Below, piece after piece: positions 32,003 to 40,776 of a DNA stretch of 64,000 nt. The stretch is taken from NCBI GenBank assembly GCA_963727445.1, contig CAVSGI010000005.1, forward strand, positions 164,377 through 228,376. The letters run 5' to 3'. Positions within the stretch are counted from its first letter, which is position 1, and the number at the start of each line of letters is the position of its first letter. The stretch comes from an uncultured delta proteobacterium (lineage in GTDB: Bacteria > Myxococcota_A > Polyangia > Polyangiales > B10-G4). The position numbers and the translations under genes were made by a program. Under the pieces are notes generated by a model. That model was not told where the DNA came from. It saw nothing but the letters and a program-made list of their open reading frames with translations, and ran no database searches.

Positions 32003-32641
32003 TTAGGGGCGGCGGTTCTTCAAACGCTCTTGGAACTCTTGGCGGGTGTTGGTGTGGGCGAACGCTTCGTCGGGGACGTCGACGCCGAGGAACTGGCAGA
32101 GGGGCTCCCAGCCGTCCTTGACCTCGTAGACGAGGAGGCGCTCGGCATCGATGTCGCGCTTCACGTTCTCGGTGTGCTCGAGGAACTTGGCGATGGCGAA
32201 GTCGCGGTCTTCGAAGCGGCGCTCGAAGCGGCCGGCCCAGACGGCCTTCCAGACGTACTGGTGGATGCGGCTTCGCTCGTCACCGCCCTCGGGGGGTGGG
32301 GTGTTGCCGCGGCTCGCGGGGTAGATGGTGGAGTGCACGCTGTCGTACCAGGCGTCAGGATCGCGCACGGTCAGGATGACCTTCGCCTCGGGGTAGCGTG
32401 CGGCGAGCTGGCGATAGTAGTCGCAGGCCGGGAAGTCGACGCACGAACGGTAGCCTTCGAAGAGCGCCTCCCAGTCGGCGTCACGGCCGGCGAAAGCGTC
32501 CTCGAAGTGCTGGAGGCGCTCGGGGTGCTCGAAGAGGTCGACCATGTGAAAGCAGGGGCCGAAGCCGAGCTGCTGGAGCACCGTCTTCATGGTCTTGGTT
32601 CCGGTGCGCCCGAGGCCGGCGCCGATGATGTCGAGAGGCAT
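32003..32641 (-). CDS. sulfotransferase-family protein
   Basis: IIGAGLGRTGT, PCFHM, AKVILTVRD...WYDS, GWEPLCQFLG. Confidence 0.9.
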   Translation of the reverse strand: MPLDIIGAGLGRTGTKTMKTVLQQLGFGPCFHMVDLFEHPERLQHFEDAFAGRDADWEALFEGYRSCVDFPACDYYRQLAARYPEAKVILTVRDPDAWYDSVHSTIYPASRGNTPPPEGGDERSRIHQYVWKAVWAGRFERRFEDRDFAIAKFLEHTENVKRDIDAERLLVYEVKDGWEPLCQFLGVDVPDEAFAHTNTRQEFQERLKNRRP

Positions 32642-32674
32642 GAGTGAGGGCGTACCTCTTGGCGCGCGCCCTCG

Positions 32675-33790
32675 TCAACGGACAGGGACGCCGCTCTCAC
32701 ATGCGGCCGCCATCGTCGCCCAGAAGTGCAGGGCCGTTCCGTTCGCATAGCTGGGGAAGTGGTGGAGGGAGCGCCCCCAGTGCTGCTCGCATCGATCCAT
32801 GGCCACCACCCGCGTGACGCCGTCGGGCCCCCGGCGGACGGCCGCCGCGAGCGCGGCGGGGTCGTCGGGCGCCGGCATCGTCAGGCCACGCTCCCGAAAT
32901 CCGAGGCGGTAGAGCGCGTCGCCGTCGAGTGCTTCGTTGCGCAGCAGCCAGAGCCGCCAGTGCTCGTGCGTGACGCTCACTGCCGACTCCATCCGGGCCC
33001 CCGCGATCGCCGCGCCCACCTCCTGCAGATCCCGCCGGCTCCGCCACGCGTTGAAGCGCTCGCCCTCCGACGCGGTGCCCGTCACGCGGTCGAGCGGCTG
33101 CACGTGATTGGTCAGGACCTCGAGCGGGATCGCGATCTGCTCGACGTAATCCGTCGGCCCGAGACGGTCGAGCGCGGCCACGAGCGCCGCCGCCCCCGCG
33201 ACGTCGTGCAGGCGCGCGACGACCCAGGCCAGGTCGTGCAGGTGCGATTCGTGCGCCCGTGAGAGAGCGCCGATCAACCGTCCGCGCTCCTCGTCGGTCG
33301 TCCCGCGCAAGAGATCTGGTCGATTGGAGAGGTGATACGCCGCGTCCGATGCCAGCTGATCGTTTCCGCTCGTCGCGAGCTCTACCAAGAGCGCCCGTCG
33401 CGCCCGGTCGTCGGGCGCGTTCACGTACCGGCGCAGCGCCTGGAGCAGGCGCGCATCGGGCTGCTCGATCCAGCTCTGGTAGTGGGCGACCAAGCCGTGC
33501 TGCACGTCGACGAAGACCAACGCGTCCACGCCGCGCGTCATCGCCGGGGTGCACGCCCCGCGCGGGTCGGCGTCGATGTCGACCACGCCCTGGCGCGTGG
33601 TGCCGATGAGGACCTCGCTCGCGCGGATCCCCTTGCCGCGCAGGCGCTGCCCGATCGCGATCACCGCCGCCTCGTCTGCCTGCTCGAAGATGCTCATCCG
33701 CCGCATCGAGCAGGCGCGGGCCGCGGACGGCCCCCCCAAGAGGATGAGGGCGACGATGAGGCCGAGCAGCGCGGAGCGGAACATCCACAC
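32675..33790 (-). CDS. hypothetical secreted protein
   Basis: Signal peptide ending ARA-CS; helical-repeat-like middle. Confidence 0.65.
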   Translation of the reverse strand: MWMFRSALLGLIVALILLGGPSAARACSMRRMSIFEQADEAAVIAIGQRLRGKGIRASEVLIGTTRQGVVDIDADPRGACTPAMTRGVDALVFVDVQHGLVAHYQSWIEQPDARLLQALRRYVNAPDDRARRALLVELATSGNDQLASDAAYHLSNRPDLLRGTTDEERGRLIGALSRAHESHLHDLAWVVARLHDVAGAAALVAALDRLGPTDYVEQIAIPLEVLTNHVQPLDRVTGTASEGERFNAWRSRRDLQEVGAAIAGARMESAVSVTHEHWRLWLLRNEALDGDALYRLGFRERGLTMPAPDDPAALAAAVRRGPDGVTRVVAMDRCEQHWGRSLHHFPSYANGTALHFWATMAAACESGVPVR

Positions 33791-33866
33791 TTCCCCACGG
33801 ACTCAGCGCCCCTGCCCTCCTTTGGCTTTCGTTCGACCGAAGCGAATCCAAAACGATCTCGAACGA

Positions 33867-33895
33867 TTGACATCCGCCGAGGCGAGACCTAGACA
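33867..33895 (+). promoter_or_regulatory. sigma70-type promoter of the MerR/B12 regulator
   Basis: TTGACA-17 bp-TAGACA, ending 14 bp before ATG 33910. Confidence 0.6.
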
Positions 33896-33909
33896 AAACC
33901 TCGTCACCC

Positions 33910-34785
33910 ATGGAAGCCCGCTACCGCATCGGCATGGTCGCCAAGCTCTCGGACCTCACCACCCACACCATCCGGATGTGGGAGCGCCGCTATGGCGCGG
34001 TCGAGCCCCAGCGAAGCGAGGGCGGCGGCCGTCTCTATGGCGACGCCGAGGTGGAGCGGCTGCGCAAGCTCAAGCGGCTGGTCGATGGGGGGCACTCCAT
34101 CGGCCGCATCGCCGGCCTCCAAGACGGCGAGCTCGACGCGATGCTGGCCAAGCACGCGAGCGACCGCGAGGCTCCCGCCCTCGACGTCGACGCCGACGAA
34201 GCGGTGCGCCTCTTCCTCGACGCGCTCGCCTCCCTCGATCTCGATCGCGCCGGAGGCGTGCTCGGCCGCGTGGCCGAACAGCTCACCCCCCGACAGCTCA
34301 TCCGCGACGTCTTGCTCCCCCTCCAGCACGAGATCGGAAGGCGGTGGCACGTGGGCACACTCGAAGTCGCACACGAGCACGCGGCGACCCAGCTCGTCCG
34401 CACGACTCTCGGCGCGCTCTGGCCCGCGCCGCACGAGGCCGCCGCGCGGCGCGCCGTCGTCTGCACGCCCGCGGGCCAGCGACACGACCTCGGCGCGATG
34501 ATGGCCGGCGTCATCGCCTCGCTCCACGGCTACCGAGCCTTGAACCTCGGCGGCGACGTGCCCGTGGGCGACATCGTGATGGCGGTGCGCGACAGCGGCG
34601 CTGAGCTTCTGCTGCTCTCCATCACCGTCGATCACGACGCGTCGGTCGAGCAGCTCCAGACGCTCGCGCGCGACCTGCCGGAGGGCACGCGGGTCATCGT
34701 CGGCGGCAAGGGCGCGCCCCGCGGCGTGCGCGGCGTCGAGATCCTTCGTGACCTCGACGCGCTCGACGAAGCGCTGACGAGCTAG
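33910..34785 (+). CDS. MerR-family cobalamin-binding regulator (CarH/CarA/LitR-like)
   Basis: TIRMWERRYG MerR HTH; IGRRW...AHEH; QRHDLG B12-binding motif; LGGDVP. Confidence 0.9.
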   Translation: MEARYRIGMVAKLSDLTTHTIRMWERRYGAVEPQRSEGGGRLYGDAEVERLRKLKRLVDGGHSIGRIAGLQDGELDAMLAKHASDREAPALDVDADEAVRLFLDALASLDLDRAGGVLGRVAEQLTPRQLIRDVLLPLQHEIGRRWHVGTLEVAHEHAATQLVRTTLGALWPAPHEAAARRAVVCTPAGQRHDLGAMMAGVIASLHGYRALNLGGDVPVGDIVMAVRDSGAELLLLSITVDHDASVEQLQTLARDLPEGTRVIVGGKGAPRGVRGVEILRDLDALDEALTS

Positions 34786-35562
34786 TCAGTTTCGCTGAGG
34801 CCGCGACTTGGGCGCGGGGTAGCGCTGCGTCTTCGGCGCGCGCTCCGCTTCCTTGAGCGCGGCGCGGATGGCGGCCTCGACCTCGTAGCCACGTTCGGCG
34901 TCGAGGACGAAGATGGTTACTTCGAGCGTGTCCTCCCCCTCGAGACGAAGCTCGGGCTCGCGGACGATAGAGGACCAGTGACTGAGGAGCGCGGCGCGAC
35001 GCACCACCGCCTTGACCGCGCCGACGTTCCGCCCGTCGGCCAGCGGGATACGGAAGATGTGGGGCGAGGCCTGGGCCTGCTCCGGCGTGCGCACCACCGA
35101 AGCGCGCGCGGCGACGGAGTAGGGGACGATCGCCTCGTTGCCGTCGTGGGTGACGACCACCATCGCCCGCCAGCCGAGCTTCTCGACGTGCCCCTCCACC
35201 TCGTCGATCTTCACGTAGTCACCTTCGCGGAAGGTGCGGCCCGCGCGCAGGAACACGCCGCTCACCGTGTCGCGGAGGATCCACCACGACAGGGCCACGA
35301 AGAGCGCGAGGACGGCCACGCCCGCGAACGGCGAGAGCCCGGGCGCGCGGCCCATGAGCACGTTCGCCGCGACCAGCATGTAGACCACGACGACGATCGC
35401 CGCGACGGCGGGCCAGAGGCGCTCGGTGAGCTCGGCGCGGGCGCGGCTCGCGGGCAGGACGCGGAGTGCCCAGCCGGCGAAGCGCAACACGACGAAGAGC
35501 ACGCCGGCCAGCAGCACCAGCGTGAGCACGTCGACCGCGGCGTTGTCGAAGAGGCCGATCAC
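34786..35562 (-). CDS. MscS-domain membrane protein
   Basis: Three TM helices then SGVFLRAGRTFREGDYVKIDEVEGHVEKLGWR. Confidence 0.85.
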   Translation of the reverse strand: MIGLFDNAAVDVLTLVLLAGVLFVVLRFAGWALRVLPASRARAELTERLWPAVAAIVVVVYMLVAANVLMGRAPGLSPFAGVAVLALFVALSWWILRDTVSGVFLRAGRTFREGDYVKIDEVEGHVEKLGWRAMVVVTHDGNEAIVPYSVAARASVVRTPEQAQASPHIFRIPLADGRNVGAVKAVVRRAALLSHWSSIVREPELRLEGEDTLEVTIFVLDAERGYEVEAAIRAALKEAERAPKTQRYPAPKSRPQRN

Positions 35563-38500
35563 GACAGGAGCCCCCCGCGAACGAAGCGGTCGGTGATGGC
35601 GTGGTGCAGGAAGGGGTCGATCTCGACGATGCCTTCACGGCCCTCGATGACCAGCCCCGCGCGGCAGAGCGCGCCGAGGTCCCGCTCGATCTGCTCCGGC
35701 GCGAGCCCGGTCACCCGCGGCAGGGCCTTCTTCGAACGGCGCTTGTGGAGCACCAGCGATAGGAGCAGCGCCTTCCACTCCACCGCCAGCTCGTCGATCA
35801 CCTCCCAGTGCTCGGGCTCGGGCGCGCGGATCACGATGTTCTTGTCGTCGACCGAGTCAATCGAAGTGACCCAGGCGCGGAGCGCCGAGCCCACCGTGCC
35901 GCCCGCGTAGTCGAAGTGCTTCGAGAAGAGCCGCGCCAGCGCCCACTGCGACAGCTCGCCCTCGTCCTCCCCCTCGAGCTCGAAGCGCATGCCGGCCGTG
36001 CCGTGACGGAGCTCGACGATGGTCTTGAGCTCCTCGGCGCCCACCGGACCACAGTCGATGATGGCGATGGCCTTGTCGGCGAGCGGGCTCAGCTGATCGA
36101 TCAGACGAAAGGTCGTGGTGCCGATGCCCAACAGGAACAGCACGCGGTCGCCGTGGTCGACGATGGCGTTGTAGATGCGCTCAATCGCGCCGAGGCCCTC
36201 TTCGGTGCGCTCCCACCAGAGCTCGAGGTCGTCGAGGACCACCACCGACCCGTCAGGCAGCTCCGAGAGCACGGCGTCGATGTCGCCTTCGAGGCGCGTC
36301 GCCTCGCGGAAGGCGCGCTCGAGGGCGACCGGCGAGGCGCTCCCCGACATGGGCGGATGCACCCAGCAGGTCTTCTTGCCAGCGAGCACCTGCTGGGTGA
36401 GCCGGTGAAGATACGCGGTCTTGCCGGCGTGGCGTTCGCCGGTCACGACGATGGCGCCGTGCGCGCCCGCCTTGTGCCGCGCCACCGCTTGGCGTCCCGC
36501 CGACATCTGCTCTGGTCGGTCCACCCAGAAGCTCTTGTTCACCGACGATTGGCCCAGGAAGAGCTGGCGATAGAAGAAGGGCAGGGCGTTCATCACCTCG
36601 GGGCGCGGGCGGGCGGCGTTCACCAGCGCGCTCAAGCGGTCGGCGATGCCGCGCCCGGTCGCGCGCTCCGAGAGGCGGCGCGCGTAGAGCACGCCCGCGC
36701 TGCGCCGATAGAGAAGGTAGACCATCAGCTGGCGACCGCGCGCCAGCCAATCGGCGATGCGCCCCCGGATGCCGCTGATAGCCTTCTTGCCCTCGACCTT
36801 GCGGAACTCGCGGGTGAGGTTGTCGCTGGAGCGCGTCAGCTCGTAGGGGTCGGTGCCGTCGACGACGCGCTCCAGCCGATCCACCAGGAACTCGTCCAGG
36901 CGTGGCGCCAGGGCGTCGAGGCGTTCGAGCTCGTCGCTCAGGCGCTCGACGGCGCTCTCGAGCACCGAGCGCATCTGCTCGCGGAAGCTCTGCGGGTCGA
37001 GGTTCTGCGCTTCCTCGAGGTTGAAGGCGACGAGGCGGACGACGTCGCGGGCGACCGTGGCGGCGCGCTCCTCGAGGGGCGTCACCGCTTCGAGCTCGCG
37101 CGAGACCTGGCCGATGAACTCGGTCTCGAGGAGCAGCTCGGCGACGCCGCGCGCCGAGACACGCCGCGTCTCGATCTCGTCGCACTGGCCGAGGGTGAGC
37201 TCGCGGATCGTCTCGTCGCTCAGCGTCGTCGTCGCCTCGGGCAGGTCGGCGGAGAGCGTGGTGGTCTCGCGGACCAGGCGCTCGACGATGGGCTTGGCGT
37301 CGAAGCGATGCTCGAGGTCGACCGGTACCTTGAGCGCGCTGTTGGGGCCGCCCTCTTCGAGCCACTTCGCGTAGGCGTCGCGGAGCTTGACCACCGAGGA
37401 GCGCGTGCCGCTGCCGACCTCGAGGGCCACCGTCTCGCGCGTCTTGAAGACGACGGTCGCCAGCCGGTGCTGGAATGTCGAGACCTTGAGGCCGAGCTTG
37501 GCGCGGTAGAGCAGCATCTGCTGCGCCTCGACCCACGTGGCCGGCAGCTCGTCGAGGCGCGCGAGGGCGTCCTTGGTCTGCTGGTCGATCTTGCGCTCGC
37601 GCTTGGCCAGACGCTGCACGTCGAGGCGGTCGAGATCGTCCGCATAGCGCTGCGATAGGAAGCGCGCGGAGCGGAGGAGCTTCTTGCGCAGCCGTCCGCG
37701 CCGCTGGTCCTGGTCCTTTTCGAGCTCTTCGATGCGCTCGTGCGCGCTCTGCCGTGCGCGATGCACGTAGGCGTCGCGATCCTCGTCGTTGTCGAAGCGC
37801 TGACCGAGGAGGCTGAGGCTGGTGGTCGAGGCGCTGATCAGCTTGCCGATCTGCACTGCGAGGGCGTAGCTGTCGGTGGTGAAGCGATCGAGGCTCGCCA
37901 GGAGCAATCGCTTCGACGCCTCGGCGTTGTAGTAGCGGACCAGCGGCTCGATGTTCAGCCGGTAGCTCCCGACCTTGCGGAAGATGCTCAGCCAGCGCTG
38001 CCGCCGCTTGAACGAAGCGAGGTGCGGCGGATCCTCCGGGTTGGCGGCGAAGTCCGACTTCTGCCGCGTGACCTTGATGCTGGTATGCGGCCGGAACGCG
38101 CCGTCGCGGCGGAAACCCTCGATCCGCGCTTCGAGGCGGCTCCGCTGCTCGAGGAGATCGGTCTCTTCGAAGCCGGTGAGCAGCTTTTCGGCGTCGAGCA
38201 GGAAGGCGCTCTGCACGCGATTGACCGCGTTCTCCTGCTTGCCCGGCTTCGCCTTTTCGAGGCGCTTGGTCAGGTTCTCGAAGTGCCGGTCGACGAGCAC
38301 CGCGAGCTCCTTGAGCAGGGCGTAGTTGCGCTCGTACATGGGGTCGATGCCGCGGCGCAACAGCTCGTGAGCGAGGTCGTCGTGGTGGTCGCTGAAGTGC
38401 CTGGCGCCGGAGGCGATGGCCTCGGCGTCGGAGGTGATGAGGGGCGGAAGCTCGAGCTCCTCCGCCTCGGGGCTCTCTTCTTCGAGCTGACCGGTGGGCT

Positions 38501-40676
38501 CGCCGGTGCGCTTGGTGGTGAGCACCGGCTCGAAGGCCGACTCGGCGCGGAAGAAGAGGACGTCACCGACGTCGCGCGCGAGGCGGTCGAGCCGTTCGAG
38601 GAGCGGCTCGTCGACGCCGGTGGCGGCGCCCTTGCCGTGCACCAGCTCGGGCAGGCCGATGATCACCAGCTCCGAGTCGCCGGACTCGCCGCGGACGTGG
38701 TCGTCGAAGTCGTCCTCACCGCGGGTGCTGTGGATGACCTTCACCGTCCCGGGGACACGGTTTTCGTCGAGGGCGCGGTAGGTCTCGGAGCGCAGGTAGT
38801 CGCCGTTGACGTGCTCGTCGGCGAGCAGGAGGAAGCGCACCTCGGCATTACGGAAGCGCTGCGCGCGCGTGACGAAGCGGACCAGCGAGATGCAGAGCGG
38901 CAGGTTGCCCGCGCCGGCGTGCCACCAGACGTCGATCATCTTCGCGGGATCGCGGCGCTCCTTCTCCGTTTCGGGGGCGAAGAGCAGCAGGTTGAAGTCG
39001 CGGCCGCCGATGCGCGACAGGAGCTTGCCGAAGCGCTCCGGGTCTTCGCGCCATGCGGAGAAGTCGAGGACCACGGTGTTCGGCTCGAGACCGCCGAAAC
39101 CATGGTGGGTGGTGACGCCGGAGACGACGCCGTAGAAATCCTCGCTCTCGATCTCGCGCCGGAAGTAGCCCTCGCGCTGCGGGTCGGAGGCCTCTTCGTC
39201 GTCGCCCGAGCCCACCTTGTAGACCTCGAACTCGGTGGCGATGCCGTTGCCGCTGATGAGCGTTGCGGCGAGCGCGCGGAGGGCTTCGAGGGCGTCGACT
39301 CCGTGACGGGAGAAGACGAGGAGGTTCGGGCGCCAGTTGCGCTGGGCGCGGTCGCTGTCGCGCAGGCGGTACAGACCGGTGCGTACCAGCGTGGTCCAGA
39401 TCCCTTCCCAGGCGTCGCCGGTCTCCAGGCGGAGCTGGCGGCGCGACAGGTAGAAGAAGAGCAGCCCCATCACCAGCATCGCCCCGGTCATGGCGAGGAG
39501 ATCGAGCTGGATCATCAACAGGAAGCAAGTGACTGCGCCGATGATGCTGACGAAGCGGGGGATCTTGAACGAAGGCCGGAAATCCGGGCTGACGAGGTCC
39601 TCGATGGCCGAGGTGAAGTTCAAGAACCCGTAGGTGGTCAAAAAGACCATCGACACGATGCGCGCGATCGCGTCGAGCTCGGCGATGAGGATCCCCGCCT
39701 CGCCGATGGCGCAGGCGAGGATCAGCGCGTTGCGGGGCTCGTTGCCTTTGCCGTGCCCTTTGGCGAAGACCTTGGGTGTGATCCCATCGACGGCGGTCGC
39801 CTGCAGGATGCGCGGCGCGCCGAGGATCGAGCCGAGCGCGCTCGACAGCGTCGCGCCCCAGATGCCGGCGACGACCAGGGCGGGGACGGCCGCAATCTCG
39901 AGGAGCGCATCGTAATCGCGTGTGAGGATCTCGGGCGGCACGGTGGCCGAGAGGAACCAGGCGAGGCCGGCATAGACGATGAACCCGGTGATGATCGACA
40001 GCATCGTGCCGATCGGGATCGCCCCCTTCGGATCACGTAAGTCGCCGCTCATGTTCACGCCGGCGGTGAAGCCGGTGACCGCCGGGAAGAAGATGCCGAA
40101 GACGACGGCCATGCTCGGCGCGTCGGCGAGGGGCTCGGTGTGGAGCGACTCGGCGGGGGTGGCGGGCGAGCCGAAGAAGATGCTGATCAGCGAAAGGCCG
40201 ATCGCCGCCAGGATGAAGTACTGCGTCTTGATCGCGAGGGCGGTGCTGATGAAGGTGATGACCATCAGCCCGACGAGCGTCGCCGTGCCGCAGATGCGGA
40301 TCGTCGTCGGCGTGGCCTCGACGCCGATGCGCCCGAGGAAGCTCTCCGAGAAGCCGATGATGTAGAGGCTGATGCTGAAGGACAGGCCGACGAAGAGGGC
40401 GAGGCCGAGGGTGCCGCCGATGGGCAGGCCGAGGCTGCGGCTGATGATGTAGTAGGGGCCGCCCGCGCCGACCTTCTTGTCGGTGGCGATCGAGCTGATC
40501 GACAGGCCCGTGGCCACCGAGACCACGTGCGCCACCACGATGATGCCGAGGGAGGCCCAGAGCCCGACCTGGCCCACCATCCACGGCAGGCGCAGGTACA
40601 TGATGACCCCGAGGATGGTCAGGACCGAGGGGGTGTAAACCCCGCCGAACATCCCGAACTTGGTGTCCTTTGCCAT
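35559..40676 (-). CDS. cation-chloride cotransporter (SLC12-like) fused to a helical region and a P-loop NTPase/wHTH
   Basis: FGMFGGVYTPSVLTILGVIMYLR, FFPAVTGFTAG, RNWRPNLL, GLEPNTV, IDVWW; Walker A GERHAGKT and Walker B VVLDDLE; ~1705 aa. Confidence 0.88.
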   Translation of the reverse strand: MAKDTKFGMFGGVYTPSVLTILGVIMYLRLPWMVGQVGLWASLGIIVVAHVVSVATGLSISSIATDKKVGAGGPYYIISRSLGLPIGGTLGLALFVGLSFSISLYIIGFSESFLGRIGVEATPTTIRICGTATLVGLMVITFISTALAIKTQYFILAAIGLSLISIFFGSPATPAESLHTEPLADAPSMAVVFGIFFPAVTGFTAGVNMSGDLRDPKGAIPIGTMLSIITGFIVYAGLAWFLSATVPPEILTRDYDALLEIAAVPALVVAGIWGATLSSALGSILGAPRILQATAVDGITPKVFAKGHGKGNEPRNALILACAIGEAGILIAELDAIARIVSMVFLTTYGFLNFTSAIEDLVSPDFRPSFKIPRFVSIIGAVTCFLLMIQLDLLAMTGAMLVMGLLFFYLSRRQLRLETGDAWEGIWTTLVRTGLYRLRDSDRAQRNWRPNLLVFSRHGVDALEALRALAATLISGNGIATEFEVYKVGSGDDEEASDPQREGYFRREIESEDFYGVVSGVTTHHGFGGLEPNTVVLDFSAWREDPERFGKLLSRIGGRDFNLLLFAPETEKERRDPAKMIDVWWHAGAGNLPLCISLVRFVTRAQRFRNAEVRFLLLADEHVNGDYLRSETYRALDENRVPGTVKVIHSTRGEDDFDDHVRGESGDSELVIIGLPELVHGKGAATGVDEPLLERLDRLARDVGDVLFFRAESAFEPVLTTKRTGEPTGQLEEESPEAEELELPPLITSDAEAIASGARHFSDHHDDLAHELLRRGIDPMYERNYALLKELAVLVDRHFENLTKRLEKAKPGKQENAVNRVQSAFLLDAEKLLTGFEETDLLEQRSRLEARIEGFRRDGAFRPHTSIKVTRQKSDFAANPEDPPHLASFKRRQRWLSIFRKVGSYRLNIEPLVRYYNAEASKRLLLASLDRFTTDSYALAVQIGKLISASTTSLSLLGQRFDNDEDRDAYVHRARQSAHERIEELEKDQDQRRGRLRKKLLRSARFLSQRYADDLDRLDVQRLAKRERKIDQQTKDALARLDELPATWVEAQQMLLYRAKLGLKVSTFQHRLATVVFKTRETVALEVGSGTRSSVVKLRDAYAKWLEEGGPNSALKVPVDLEHRFDAKPIVERLVRETTTLSADLPEATTTLSDETIRELTLGQCDEIETRRVSARGVAELLLETEFIGQVSRELEAVTPLEERAATVARDVVRLVAFNLEEAQNLDPQSFREQMRSVLESAVERLSDELERLDALAPRLDEFLVDRLERVVDGTDPYELTRSSDNLTREFRKVEGKKAISGIRGRIADWLARGRQLMVYLLYRRSAGVLYARRLSERATGRGIADRLSALVNAARPRPEVMNALPFFYRQLFLGQSSVNKSFWVDRPEQMSAGRQAVARHKAGAHGAIVVTGERHAGKTAYLHRLTQQVLAGKKTCWVHPPMSGSASPVALERAFREATRLEGDIDAVLSELPDGSVVVLDDLELWWERTEEGLGAIERIYNAIVDHGDRVLFLLGIGTTTFRLIDQLSPLADKAIAIIDCGPVGAEELKTIVELRHGTAGMRFELEGEDEGELSQWALARLFSKHFDYAGGTVGSALRAWVTSIDSVDDKNIVIRAPEPEHWEVIDELAVEWKALLLSLVLHKRRSKKALPRVTGLAPEQIERDLGALCRAGLVIEGREGIVEIDPFLHHAITDRFVRGGLLS

Positions 40677-40776
40677 CCTCCCGAAGCGGCAAGGATCGCG
40701 AAAGCTCCGCGGGCCCGTCAACGAAGATCCGGAGTGCGAATACGGCAATCGCGGATAATTGCGCTAACTTTCCACG

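Noticed and set aside
37740..40040. Long antisense ORFs (also 2161-3792, 22846-24711, 40981-43056)
   Set aside because: Shadow frames of high-GC genes with no recognisable motifs
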